Shown here in pieces: positions 37,959 through 46,589 of a DNA stretch of 64,000 nt. Each line of letters begins with the position of its first letter. Position 1 is the stretch's first letter. Position numbers and translations under genes: made by a program. The notes under the pieces were generated by a model. The model was not told where the DNA came from. It searched no databases and worked only from the letters and a program-made list of their open reading frames with translations. Origin of the DNA: an uncultured Gemmatimonadaceae bacterium. GTDB taxonomy: Bacteria; Gemmatimonadota; Gemmatimonadetes; Gemmatimonadales; Gemmatimonadaceae. The DNA lies in the NCBI GenBank assembly GCA_963751275.1, contig CAVVTZ010000007.1, positions 1-64,000 on the forward strand, in the 5' to 3' direction.

Positions 37959-40069
37959 GCGCTCCTCGTGCCGCGCAACGCGGCCTGGATCTCGGGGTCA
38001 CCGTCGCGCGCCGCGATGGCCAGCACCCGCTGCGCGGCGGGCTCCTGCTTCCACGTCGTGGCCAGCGCCGCGAGCGCGGCGACCGTCACCGGCGTCTTCG
38101 GGGCGAGTTTCCGGCGGAACTGGAACCGGCGCTTCGGCGCGAGTGTGGCCGCCACGAGGCAATCCAGCACGGCCTGGAGGCGCACCGGCTGCAGCACTTT
38201 CACGGCGAGCACGCCGAGCATGCCTTCCAGCGAGTGCGCGGTGAGGCGTGCGGTGAGCACGGGCATCGCGTCGCGCGGGCATCCCCGCTCCGCCGCGACG
38301 TTCAGGCCGGCGCGCACGATGCGTTCGTCCTCATCGCCCACCGCATCGGCCACCGCCTTGTCGCGCAGCTTCTCATCGTTGAGCAGCAGCGCGTAGGCCT
38401 CGCGCCGCACCCGCGCGTCCGGATTGCGCGCGTAGGGCTCCGCGCTGAACCCCGCCGGCCACTGCGGGAGCCGTCCCATGAGGAGCAGCAGGTTGCGCTG
38501 CACGAACCACTGCGCCTTCGGAAGCCGCGCCACCACCGCGTCGCCCACTTCGGGGCCGAGCTGCGTGAGCATTTCGAACAGTTTCCAGCGCGCGCCGCGC
38601 TCATCTTCCAGTTCCAGCGCGTCCAGCAGCGCGCCGGCGGCCGGGAACCCCACGCGCGAGACGAGCCGGTACAGCACCTCGAAGTCGATCGGGCGGTCGC
38701 GCAGGAGCCGGCGGATCGTGCCGGTGTTGTCGAGATGGCGGCGCACCGTGCGCACCACCTTGTTCTCCTCCGGCGTCCCATCGACGAGCGCGAGCAGCGC
38801 CGCGATCTGGCCCCGCTTCACCATCTCGGCCACCGCGTGTTTCGTCGTCGCGCCGAAGACCTCGGTCTCCAGGCTGAGCTGCACGATGTGCTCGGCCGGC
38901 ACGTCGTACATCCCGCTCGCCGCGGCTTCCTTCGCCGGCTCGGCGATCAGCTTCTCGAGCGTCTGCCAGTAGTTCTCCTCGGGCAATTCAGCGGCGTGGT
39001 CCCAGTCGTTGATCAGCTGGCGCACGTTGTCGCGCAGCGCCGCGTCGGCCTTGTCGCGCCGGTTCGGCGACCCCTTGCCGGCGTGCTTCGCCAGCTTCGC
39101 GAGCAGGAGCAACAGCGCTTCCGACATTGTGTGCGCGGACGCCGAAGCGACCGCCTTCGCGAGATCGAGCACCGTGTCGGCCGCGAGCGCGTGCGACGCG
39201 TTGAGCATGAGCTGCTTCTGCTGCGCCCAGTCCGTGTTGACCTTCAGGATCCGCTGCAGCGCTTGCGGCGTGAGACTGCCGATCAGGTTCGAGACGCGCG
39301 ACTGGAGCGCCTTGGCCGCCTGTCCGCCTTTGGATCGGATCTCGTCCATGAACGAGCCGAACATTGAGAGGATGCCCTTGTCGAAGTCCGGGTCGTTCTC
39401 GCGCCGCTCGATCGCGCCGGCGAGCGCGAGCGGATCGTTCGCGTACTCCGGCACCGTGATCGCGCCGCCCATCATCTCCGGACCGACGGCCGACCGCGCG
39501 AGGCGCGTCCAGAGTTGGCTGGCCCAGCTGCCGCGCTCCGGATCCTCGGCGTTCGCGTCCTTGTCCTGCAGTTCGAGCTGGTCGTACGAGAGCGGGAGCA
39601 GGCGGAGGTGCGGCCACTCGCGCACCGGCAGCGGCGCGGCCGCGTTCTCCTGGCCGTCCTTCACCGCCGCGATCTTCGCGGAGTTCCGTTCGCCCGCCTT
39701 CGAGCCCTCGCGGGCGATCGTCTTCATCACCTCGACGAGCTCGACGTCCTCCACGCCCTCCTGGATGCGCACACCACCGACCTCCCGTCGGTAGAGCTTC
39801 ACCGCGAGCTCGCGGAGCACCGCCGTGTTGCGGTCGGTGGCCATCCCATCGATCAGCAGGTGGTCGCGCGCCACGCCGATCGAGAAGGTCGGGCGCTCGG
39901 CGAGGATCGGCTTGAGACGCCGCGCGATGCCCGTGGCCGCCGTCTCGAGCAGCGGGTGCCCGTCGGGGTACATGGTGTACTTGTGGAGCGCGGTGGACAG
40001 CTCCACGAGGAACTCGGTCAGTTCACGCGGCAGCGCGGCGGTGTCGGCGCTGGCCTGGGTTGTAGGCAC
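37955..40069 (-). CDS. HEAT-repeat protein, copy B
   Basis: 704 aa, helical; WFVQRNLLLL, PDARVRREA, DEDERIVR and DGDPEIQ HEAT-like motifs. Confidence 0.85.
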   Translation of the reverse strand: MPTTQASADTAALPRELTEFLVELSTALHKYTMYPDGHPLLETAATGIARRLKPILAERPTFSIGVARDHLLIDGMATDRNTAVLRELAVKLYRREVGGVRIQEGVEDVELVEVMKTIAREGSKAGERNSAKIAAVKDGQENAAAPLPVREWPHLRLLPLSYDQLELQDKDANAEDPERGSWASQLWTRLARSAVGPEMMGGAITVPEYANDPLALAGAIERRENDPDFDKGILSMFGSFMDEIRSKGGQAAKALQSRVSNLIGSLTPQALQRILKVNTDWAQQKQLMLNASHALAADTVLDLAKAVASASAHTMSEALLLLLAKLAKHAGKGSPNRRDKADAALRDNVRQLINDWDHAAELPEENYWQTLEKLIAEPAKEAAASGMYDVPAEHIVQLSLETEVFGATTKHAVAEMVKRGQIAALLALVDGTPEENKVVRTVRRHLDNTGTIRRLLRDRPIDFEVLYRLVSRVGFPAAGALLDALELEDERGARWKLFEMLTQLGPEVGDAVVARLPKAQWFVQRNLLLLMGRLPQWPAGFSAEPYARNPDARVRREAYALLLNDEKLRDKAVADAVGDEDERIVRAGLNVAAERGCPRDAMPVLTARLTAHSLEGMLGVLAVKVLQPVRLQAVLDCLVAATLAPKRRFQFRRKLAPKTPVTVAALAALATTWKQEPAAQRVLAIAARDGDPEIQAALRGTRSA

Positions 40070-40150
40070 GCGGTGGTGGGCGACGGGTGTGGACGGCTCG
40101 AAACGGGGGCATGATGCCCCTCAAATCTGACCGTCTCCCCCTCGGTCACG

Positions 40151-41461
40151 TCACGACCGGATGATGCCGCTCCCCTTGGGGGTGGCCGGGCGGCCCCCCA
40201 CGTGCGGCACCCCTGCCCCGGGCGTCGCTGCGCCCCGGCGCATCGGCTCGTTCTGGATCGGCACCTCGCCCGAGACGCGCGCGGGGGGCGTGATCGTCTG
40301 CCCCTCGTCGAACGGCATGATCCGGCGCTCCCAGCGCCGCATCATCGTGATGAACGACTTCGAGATGTCGGCGTCGAACACCGTGCCCGCCTTCTCCTCC
40401 ACATAGCGCAGCGCGCTCTCCGGGGTCCAGGCGCCGCGATGGAAACGCCGGGTGCGCAGCGCATCGTAGCAGTCGCACACCTGCACGAGCTTGCTCGCGA
40501 AATGCAGATCGCGCTCGAAGTGCGTCGTGGGGTACCCGCCCCCGCCCGGCAGCATGTGGTGCTCGAAGGCCACCACCGCCGCGAGGTCCAGCTGCGGCTC
40601 GCTGCCGAGGATGATCTTCGCCCCCTCGGCCGGGTGGATGCGCAGCAGCGCCCACTCTTCCTCGGTGGGCGGGCCCGCCTTCGACACGATCTCCTTGGGC
40701 ACGCGCGTCATGCCGACATCGCGCAACAGCCCCGCGACGCCGATCGCGCGCGTGTCGCGGCCGCCCAGTCCGAGGAACTCGGCGAGCCCCATGACCAGCA
40801 CCGAGACGTTGAGCGAATGTGCCGTGGTGTACTGGTCGAACTCCTTCAGCTGCAGCAGCGGCATCATGATCTCGCTGTCGCCATGCATTGCGACCGACAG
40901 GGAGCTCACCACCGCCTCGACCTCCGCCGCGGGCAGCGGACGGCCGGCCGCCACATCGGTGTAGATCGTGCTGATCGTGTCGATCTCCTCGTCCAGCGGG
41001 AAGTTCATCCCGAGGATGGGGAGCGGATCGGTGAGGAACTGGTCCTGGTCGCCGCGGATGCCGATCGCGCCGAACTTGATGCTCTTGTACTCCTTGCCCT
41101 CCACCTTCTGCGTATGGCGCGGGTCGACGAAGCCCGGCGTGATGAGCGCCATGATCTCGAAGAGGAAGTCATCGAACTCCTGCTTCGTGACCTCGTCGAC
41201 GAACTCCAGGCGCTGGATCCCGTTCCGGGTGAATCGCTCGGACCACTCCCAGTCGCGCAGTTCCTTCAGCGTCTTGTTCTGGTAGACGACCTCGTCGCCA
41301 AGGAAGGAGTACTTCACCTCCTTCTCGGCGCGCTGGAGCTTCTGGATGATCTCCAGCGCCAGGTTCGCGGATTTCTCGCGCGCCGGGTGCGATGGCGAGT
41401 AGAGCGCCATCGCGGCGAGCGTCTTGCCGAAGGCGTTAAGGAATCGAATTGGTTCGATCAC
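40151..41461 (-). CDS. HD-GYP domain protein (degenerate), copy A
   Basis: DQYTTAHSLNV, LLRDVGM, HPAEG, EHHMLPGGGGYP, VCDCYDAL and GTVFD. Confidence 0.88.
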   Translation of the reverse strand: MIEPIRFLNAFGKTLAAMALYSPSHPAREKSANLALEIIQKLQRAEKEVKYSFLGDEVVYQNKTLKELRDWEWSERFTRNGIQRLEFVDEVTKQEFDDFLFEIMALITPGFVDPRHTQKVEGKEYKSIKFGAIGIRGDQDQFLTDPLPILGMNFPLDEEIDTISTIYTDVAAGRPLPAAEVEAVVSSLSVAMHGDSEIMMPLLQLKEFDQYTTAHSLNVSVLVMGLAEFLGLGGRDTRAIGVAGLLRDVGMTRVPKEIVSKAGPPTEEEWALLRIHPAEGAKIILGSEPQLDLAAVVAFEHHMLPGGGGYPTTHFERDLHFASKLVQVCDCYDALRTRRFHRGAWTPESALRYVEEKAGTVFDADISKSFITMMRRWERRIMPFDEGQTITPPARVSGEVPIQNEPMRRGAATPGAGVPHVGGRPATPKGSGIIRS

Positions 41462-43547
41462 TGGGCCTCCGGCGCGCCGTCGCGGCCGCGCGGACCTCGA
41501 GATCCTTCGACTTCTGGGCGATGTCGAGCACCGGCATCACCTCGGGGTTGTCCGACCAGCCGCTGGCGAGTCCGCTGAGCGCGGCCAGCATCTCCGGCGT
41601 CTTCGGCACGAGCTTCGTGCGCCGCAGGAAGCGGGTCTTCGTCACGGCGTACGCGAGCAGCCACGTGAGCGTCGCCGGATCCTTCGCCGCCCCGACGACG
41701 CGCAATCCGAGCGCGCGCAGTTCCGGCGAGATCGACTTGCGCTCGACGTGCCGCACGAGCAGCGGCACCGCAGGCTTCGGGCAGTCCTCGAGCGCAGCCT
41801 GCATCGCGAGCTTCACGATGCCGTCGTCGCGGTCGCTCAGCGCCGCGATGATCGTCTGGGCGCGCAGCTTCGGCAGACGCAGCAGCAGCTTGAGCGCTTC
41901 GCGGCGCACGCGCTCGTCGCCGTGCGTCATGTACTTCTGCGGCTGGAATTCCTCGGGGATCGCCGGCAGCATCGAGAGGAGCGTGAGCAGGTTCCGCTGC
42001 ACGTACCACGGCGTGTCCTCCATCGCGAGGCGCTTGAGCACCATCGGCCCCACGTCCGAGCCGAATTTCGCCAGGAGGTCGAGCAGTTTCCGCCGCATGG
42101 TGCGCGTCTCGCTCGTCTCGAGGCCCTCGAGCAGCAGCTCGACGACGTCGAGTCCCATGCGCGTCGTGATCCGCTCGAGCAGCCCCGGGTCGATCTGCTC
42201 TTCGCGCAGCAGGTGGCGGATGTTCTCGGGCGTCGCCACCAGCGGCCACAATTCCTCGGCCACCTTGCTGCCCTGCGGCGCGCGGTCGAGGAGATCGAGG
42301 AGCATCGCGATGCCGCCGTGCGAGATCAGCTGGTTCACCGCGAGCCACACGGGGGCGCCGAGTGTGTCCGTCTCGAGCGAGGTCGCGACGAGGCGCTTCG
42401 GCTCGCACGGATGCTGGCGCTGCAGCATCAGCGTGAACACGCGGCGCTGCGCCATGCGATCGAGCGCATCCTGGTAGCTGTCGGGGTTCAGGCGGCGCGG
42501 GTCCCAGTCGTCGGAGAGCTGCTCCACCTGGTCCTTCAGCGCGCGGCTCGCACCTGCGCGCATCACCGAGCCCCCCTTCTCCGCCTGGAGGGCGAGCTTC
42601 CCGATGAGGCGCAGCATCGTATGCGAGATCGTCTGCTTGGACGCCTTGGCCGCCGCCTGCACGAGCACGAGCACCGCTTCGGCGGCGAGCGTCTGGGAGG
42701 CGTCGAGCACGAAACGCTTCCGCTGCTCCACGTCGCCGCCCATTTCCATCAGCCGCTCGAGCGTCTCGGGCGCGAGTGTCTTGAGCAGCTCCGCCATCTT
42801 GCCGGCGGTCTCCGTCGCCTCCTCGCCCTGCGCGCCCTTGAGCGCTTCGGTGATCGACATGAGCGCGCTGACGATCGTCTGATCGTACGCGGGGTCGTCT
42901 TTGCGCTCGTTGAGGGCGCTCGCGAGCGTCATAGGGTCGAGGAGGTCCTCGGTCTCCATGCCCTCGGCGAGCATCAGCGTCGCGCGGGCGAGCGCGATCC
43001 AGATCAGCTTCGCGCCGGCCTTCTTGGCTTCGTCGTCCGTGAGGCCGCTGTCCTCGCCCATGAGCTCGAGCTTGTCGTAGACGACCGACGTCAGGGCGAT
43101 GTGCGGCCAGCGCTCCGTTTGCGCCGCGAGCGCGATCTGCGGACCCTCGTGCTCCTCCTTCGACGACGCGACGAGGAAGTCGGCCAGCTCGTCGCGCAGC
43201 ACCTCGGGGCTGATCGTGATCGAGCCCAGGCGGTGCCGGTGGAATCGCTGCGCGAGCTCCTTCATGAGCGAGTTGGTCGGATCGGTGGCGATCCCCTCGA
43301 TCACGACCTGCGTGCGCGCGATGCCGAGCGAGATGGAGCGGTTGTTCGACATCGCGGCGTCGAGGCGCTTCATGACGCGCTCGACCGCGGCCGTCAGCTG
43401 CGGGTGGCCGGCGGGGTAGATCGCGTGTTTCTGGACGGCGACGCCGAAATCCAACAGGAAGTCGGTGATGCGCTTGTCGATCGCGCCCGCGCCGGGCGCG
43501 CCCGAGGCGGGAACGCCCGTGGCGGGGGTAGCGGTCGGGTGGCTCAC
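41436..43547 (-). CDS. HEAT-repeat protein, copy A
   Basis: PWYVQRNLLTLL, HGDERVRREA, LSDRDDGIV and SKDLEVRAAA; paralogous to 37955..40069. Start uncertain (43547 or 43592). Confidence 0.85.
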   Translation of the reverse strand: MSHPTATPATGVPASGAPGAGAIDKRITDFLLDFGVAVQKHAIYPAGHPQLTAAVERVMKRLDAAMSNNRSISLGIARTQVVIEGIATDPTNSLMKELAQRFHRHRLGSITISPEVLRDELADFLVASSKEEHEGPQIALAAQTERWPHIALTSVVYDKLELMGEDSGLTDDEAKKAGAKLIWIALARATLMLAEGMETEDLLDPMTLASALNERKDDPAYDQTIVSALMSITEALKGAQGEEATETAGKMAELLKTLAPETLERLMEMGGDVEQRKRFVLDASQTLAAEAVLVLVQAAAKASKQTISHTMLRLIGKLALQAEKGGSVMRAGASRALKDQVEQLSDDWDPRRLNPDSYQDALDRMAQRRVFTLMLQRQHPCEPKRLVATSLETDTLGAPVWLAVNQLISHGGIAMLLDLLDRAPQGSKVAEELWPLVATPENIRHLLREEQIDPGLLERITTRMGLDVVELLLEGLETSETRTMRRKLLDLLAKFGSDVGPMVLKRLAMEDTPWYVQRNLLTLLSMLPAIPEEFQPQKYMTHGDERVRREALKLLLRLPKLRAQTIIAALSDRDDGIVKLAMQAALEDCPKPAVPLLVRHVERKSISPELRALGLRVVGAAKDPATLTWLLAYAVTKTRFLRRTKLVPKTPEMLAALSGLASGWSDNPEVMPVLDIAQKSKDLEVRAAATARRRPSDRTNSIP

Positions 43548-43664
43548 CGGATCGGCCGCGCGGACGCGGGAACGCGCATTCTCACCATGCACCGCAAGGA
43601 CAGCGGGACGAACGAAAGGCAACGCAGAGGAGATAATACGGACAAAGCGGCGGGTTGCAATCCT

Positions 43665-43706
43665 TAACTGCAACGGCGGGCAGCGACTGTCGACTGTCGA
43701 CTGTCG
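43665..43706. repeat. CGACTGT x3 heptamer repeat preceded by AACTGCAACGGC
   Basis: TAACTGCAACGGCGGGCAG-CGACTGT-CGACTGT-CGACTGT-CG. Confidence 0.65.
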
Positions 43707-43758
43707 CCCGCGAACAGCCCGGGCGAAGCGAACAACTGCCAAATTGCGGCGCTGGGCA

Positions 43759-43811
43759 AGTCACCATCAAGTGACAATATCTTGCGTAGTCACTATGTAG
43801 TGACTTACCTT
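43759..43811 (+). promoter_or_regulatory. Two AGTCAC-N6-GTGAC palindromes (candidate TetR operators) overlapping the tetR promoter
   Basis: AGTCAC-CATCAA-GTGACA (43759-43776) and AGTCAC-TATGTA-GTGACT (43788-43805). The second lies between TTGCGT (43782-43787) and TACCTT (43806-43811). Confidence 0.7.
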
Positions 43812-43817
43812 GCCTCG

Positions 43818-44438
43818 ATGACCCGGGACCGAGAAGCCACGCGCGCACGGATCCTGGCGGCGGCCGAGCAGGTGCTGACGCGACGGGGCGTGGGCGCCGT
43901 GCGCATCAACGCCGTTGCGGCGGCGGCCGGCGTGGACAAGGTGCTCATTTACCGTTATTTCGGCGGGCGCGCGCAGCTCCTGCGCGCGCTCGCGCGCGAG
44001 CGGCGCCTCTGGCCCGACGCCGATGCGGTGCGTGCCGCGACCGAGGACGCCGGCGGTGATGCCCCGTCGCTCGCGCAGGATCTCACCGCGATGCTGCTCG
44101 ATGCCGCGCGCGAACTTCGCTCGAGTCCGCTCGCGCGGCGCGCCGCCGCGTGGAGCATCACGGAGAGCGATGAGTTCGCCCGCGAGATCGCGGCGGCGCG
44201 CGGCGAGCACGCGCGCGCCATCGCCGGCGCGCTTCGCGCACGCCACCGGCTCCCCCCGTTCGTGGACCTCGATGCGATCGTCGCCCTGCTCGCCGCGGCG
44301 ATGACGCATCTCGCTCTGCATGCCGGGCCCGGCGCTGCGTTCGCGGGACTCGAGCCACGCCGCGATGAGGATTGGCGCCGTGCCGAGCGTGCGCTCACGA
44401 ACATCGCGCACGCCCTGCTCGGCCCGGTCGATCAATAA
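43818..44438 (+). CDS. TetR/AcrR family transcriptional regulator
   Basis: RDREATRARILAAA...GVGAVRINAVAAAAGVDKVLIYRYFG HTH. Confidence 0.92.
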   Translation: MTRDREATRARILAAAEQVLTRRGVGAVRINAVAAAAGVDKVLIYRYFGGRAQLLRALARERRLWPDADAVRAATEDAGGDAPSLAQDLTAMLLDAARELRSSPLARRAAAWSITESDEFAREIAAARGEHARAIAGALRARHRLPPFVDLDAIVALLAAAMTHLALHAGPGAAFAGLEPRRDEDWRRAERALTNIAHALLGPVDQ

Positions 44439-44458
44439 GTCACTTACCGGTGACTTAT
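44435..44458. promoter_or_regulatory. Third copy of the palindrome, at the tetR stop codon
   Basis: ATAAGTCAC-TTACCG-GTGACTTAT: perfect 9-bp arms with the same 6-bp spacer length. Confidence 0.65.
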
Positions 44459-44462
44459 GGCG

Positions 44463-46520
44463 CTAGATCCCGTGACGCACGCTCAACACCAACTGCCGCG
44501 GTGTGCCGGGGCTGAGGAACCCGCTCGCCTGTACCTCCACGTACCGGTGGTCCAGAATGTTCTGCACACCCACGGCGCCGCTCCAATCGCCGCTCACCGG
44601 GAAGACGCCGCGCAGGTTCAACAGCGTATAGGGTGAAGTGAGCACGCCAGGCTCGTTCACCGGCGTCCACGGTCCCGTGTACGCGGCCCAGATCGAACCC
44701 GCAAAGGCGCCCTGCTGCAGGTCGAATCCCGCCTGCACGGTGGACTTCGCCACCTGGAATACCGGCTGCCCCGAGAGGTCCGTGCCCTCCTCCGTCACGA
44801 GATGCACGTAATGCGCATCGTTCACGGTGGCGTGCGCGAACACCGAGAGCCACCGCAGGATCCCCACGCGGCCGTCCAGCTCCACGCCCTGCTGCCGTGT
44901 CGTACCGCCCGAACTCGGCTGCAGCGTCACCGGGTCCACCGTCTGCTGGTTGCTGACGTTGATGAGGAAGAGCGCGACCGAGCCCTCCACCTTCTGCCCC
45001 GTGTACCGCATGCCGAGTTCGCTCGCTCGCTCGAGCGCCGGCGGCAGCGAGGGCGTGACGATCGCGCCATCGCTCGAGCGGTACCCGCCGTTATAGGAGA
45101 TGTACGCCGAGAGCGCGTTGGTGAATCGATAGATCGCGCTGAGCTTGGGCGATGCGATCCATTGGCCATCGCTCGTGGTCGGACCGCCGCTGCGCTGCCC
45201 GGACTCGTAGTAGATCCAGTCCAGCCGCCCCCCGATCCCCAGGCTCAGGTCGCGGGTGACGTCCCAATGTGCTTCCACGACCGGTGCGATGCCGCCATAC
45301 AGCGCACTGAGATTCGCGGGCGTCTCATCGAAAGAGAAGATCGAGTCGCGCACACGGTCGGTGGTGTAATAGCGCTGGTACTGTGCCTCGACCACGCGAT
45401 AATCGATCCCCACCTCGAGGTGCGTCTCGCCGAGCTGCTTCGCCCAGCGGGTCGTGCCGCCCATGCCGAAGCGCTGGTCGAGTTCCTCCGTTTGCGACTG
45501 CACGCCTTCGCCAATGCCGCCCTCCGGCGGGATCGTGAGGAAGATGTGCCACGTGCCGCCGTGCGCGTACAGCGATGACGTGAGTGTGCCACGCCAGGCA
45601 TCGCGCTCCATCGCGAAACGCACGGTGCCGAACCCTTCGTTGCCACCGTCGGTCGGATTCGTGGCCGCGGTGAGATCACCCGCCTTGTATTGCGAGTCGC
45701 TGATGAATCCCGGCGAGTGCCATCCGCCGCCGTAGCCGCTCACGCCGAGCGTGTACGTGCTGCCGCCGTCACCGTACCAGACACGACTCACCATGAGATG
45801 CCCGATCGCCTCCTGGCTGTTGTCGCGCCAGCCGTCGGCGCGTTGCAGGTCGCCGGCGAACATCCAGCCGCCGTCGGCGGTCTCATCGCCGGTGAGCAGC
45901 TGCACGCGCGCGTCGCCCCACGAGCCCACGCGCGCGCTCCACTCCGTGCCCAGGTTCATCGGCACGGTGATCACGTTCATCGTGCCGCCCATCGCGAAGT
46001 TCCCCGCCCACGGCGACGCCGGTCCCTTGGTGACCTCCACCCGCTTCACCGCTTCCGGAATGAGCGCGTTCCAGTCGGCGTAGCCCTCGGCGTGCCCGCT
46101 CACCGTCTCGTTGAGCGGCACGCCGTCGATGAACGCCGCGTCGTCGGTCGAGTGATCGGAAGTGAATCCGCGCACCGCCGCATCGGACGCGAAGCCCGGT
46201 CCCTGACCTTGCAGGTGGACCTCGACCCCGGCCGTCTGCCGCACGATGTCCCACGCGTCGGTGGCGGGCACGGTGCGGATCGCGCTGGGCAGGATGATGA
46301 CGCTGCTCGCCGCGTCGGCGCGATGTGTGGGCGGGGCGACTACGCGGATCACCGGCATGCTGGTCATGCCGTGGGTCGAATCGCGCGGCGCGCGCGTGGT
46401 GCTGTCGGCGGCGGGCTTGCGCGTCGTGTCGGGCTGCTGCGCCGTCGCGTGGAGCGCCGCGGCGAACAGGATGGCCGCCGCCGGCGCGAGTGCGCGGGCA
46501 CGCGAGGATATCACATGCAT
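44463..46520 (-). CDS. TonB-dependent receptor
   Basis: Signal peptide; plug motifs (VRGFTSDHSTD, IDGVPLN, HAEGYADWN, RVEVTKGP); barrel C-terminus VQNILD..Y...PGTPR. Confidence 0.93.
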   Translation of the reverse strand: MHVISSRARALAPAAAILFAAALHATAQQPDTTRKPAADSTTRAPRDSTHGMTSMPVIRVVAPPTHRADAASSVIILPSAIRTVPATDAWDIVRQTAGVEVHLQGQGPGFASDAAVRGFTSDHSTDDAAFIDGVPLNETVSGHAEGYADWNALIPEAVKRVEVTKGPASPWAGNFAMGGTMNVITVPMNLGTEWSARVGSWGDARVQLLTGDETADGGWMFAGDLQRADGWRDNSQEAIGHLMVSRVWYGDGGSTYTLGVSGYGGGWHSPGFISDSQYKAGDLTAATNPTDGGNEGFGTVRFAMERDAWRGTLTSSLYAHGGTWHIFLTIPPEGGIGEGVQSQTEELDQRFGMGGTTRWAKQLGETHLEVGIDYRVVEAQYQRYYTTDRVRDSIFSFDETPANLSALYGGIAPVVEAHWDVTRDLSLGIGGRLDWIYYESGQRSGGPTTSDGQWIASPKLSAIYRFTNALSAYISYNGGYRSSDGAIVTPSLPPALERASELGMRYTGQKVEGSVALFLINVSNQQTVDPVTLQPSSGGTTRQQGVELDGRVGILRWLSVFAHATVNDAHYVHLVTEEGTDLSGQPVFQVAKSTVQAGFDLQQGAFAGSIWAAYTGPWTPVNEPGVLTSPYTLLNLRGVFPVSGDWSGAVGVQNILDHRYVEVQASGFLSPGTPRQLVLSVRHGI

Positions 46521-46526
46521 GAGAAT

Positions 46527-46540
46527 CCCCCTCCGCAGGG
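46527..46540 (-). promoter_or_regulatory. Hairpin that could sequester the receptor's SD
   Basis: mRNA reads CCCCU-GCGG-AGGGG just upstream of the ATG at 46520; GGAGG lies in the loop and 3' arm. Confidence 0.4.
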
Positions 46541-46589
46541 GTAAGGGTGTGCTCAGGGATCGATTGGTGATGCAGGAGCGCGAACGGCG

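Noticed and set aside
41424..43667. Long antisense ORFs (also 18992..20866, 20331..22061, 15812..17311, 36903..38396)
   Set aside because: Arg/Ala/Pro-rich, motif-free mirror frames of well-supported genes, as expected at about 70% GC.
44433..44460. dif/Xer recombination site
   Set aside because: It has the 11-6-11 shape but no XerD-like TTATGTTAAAT arm, and spacers differ among the three copies; a TetR operator is the simpler explanation.
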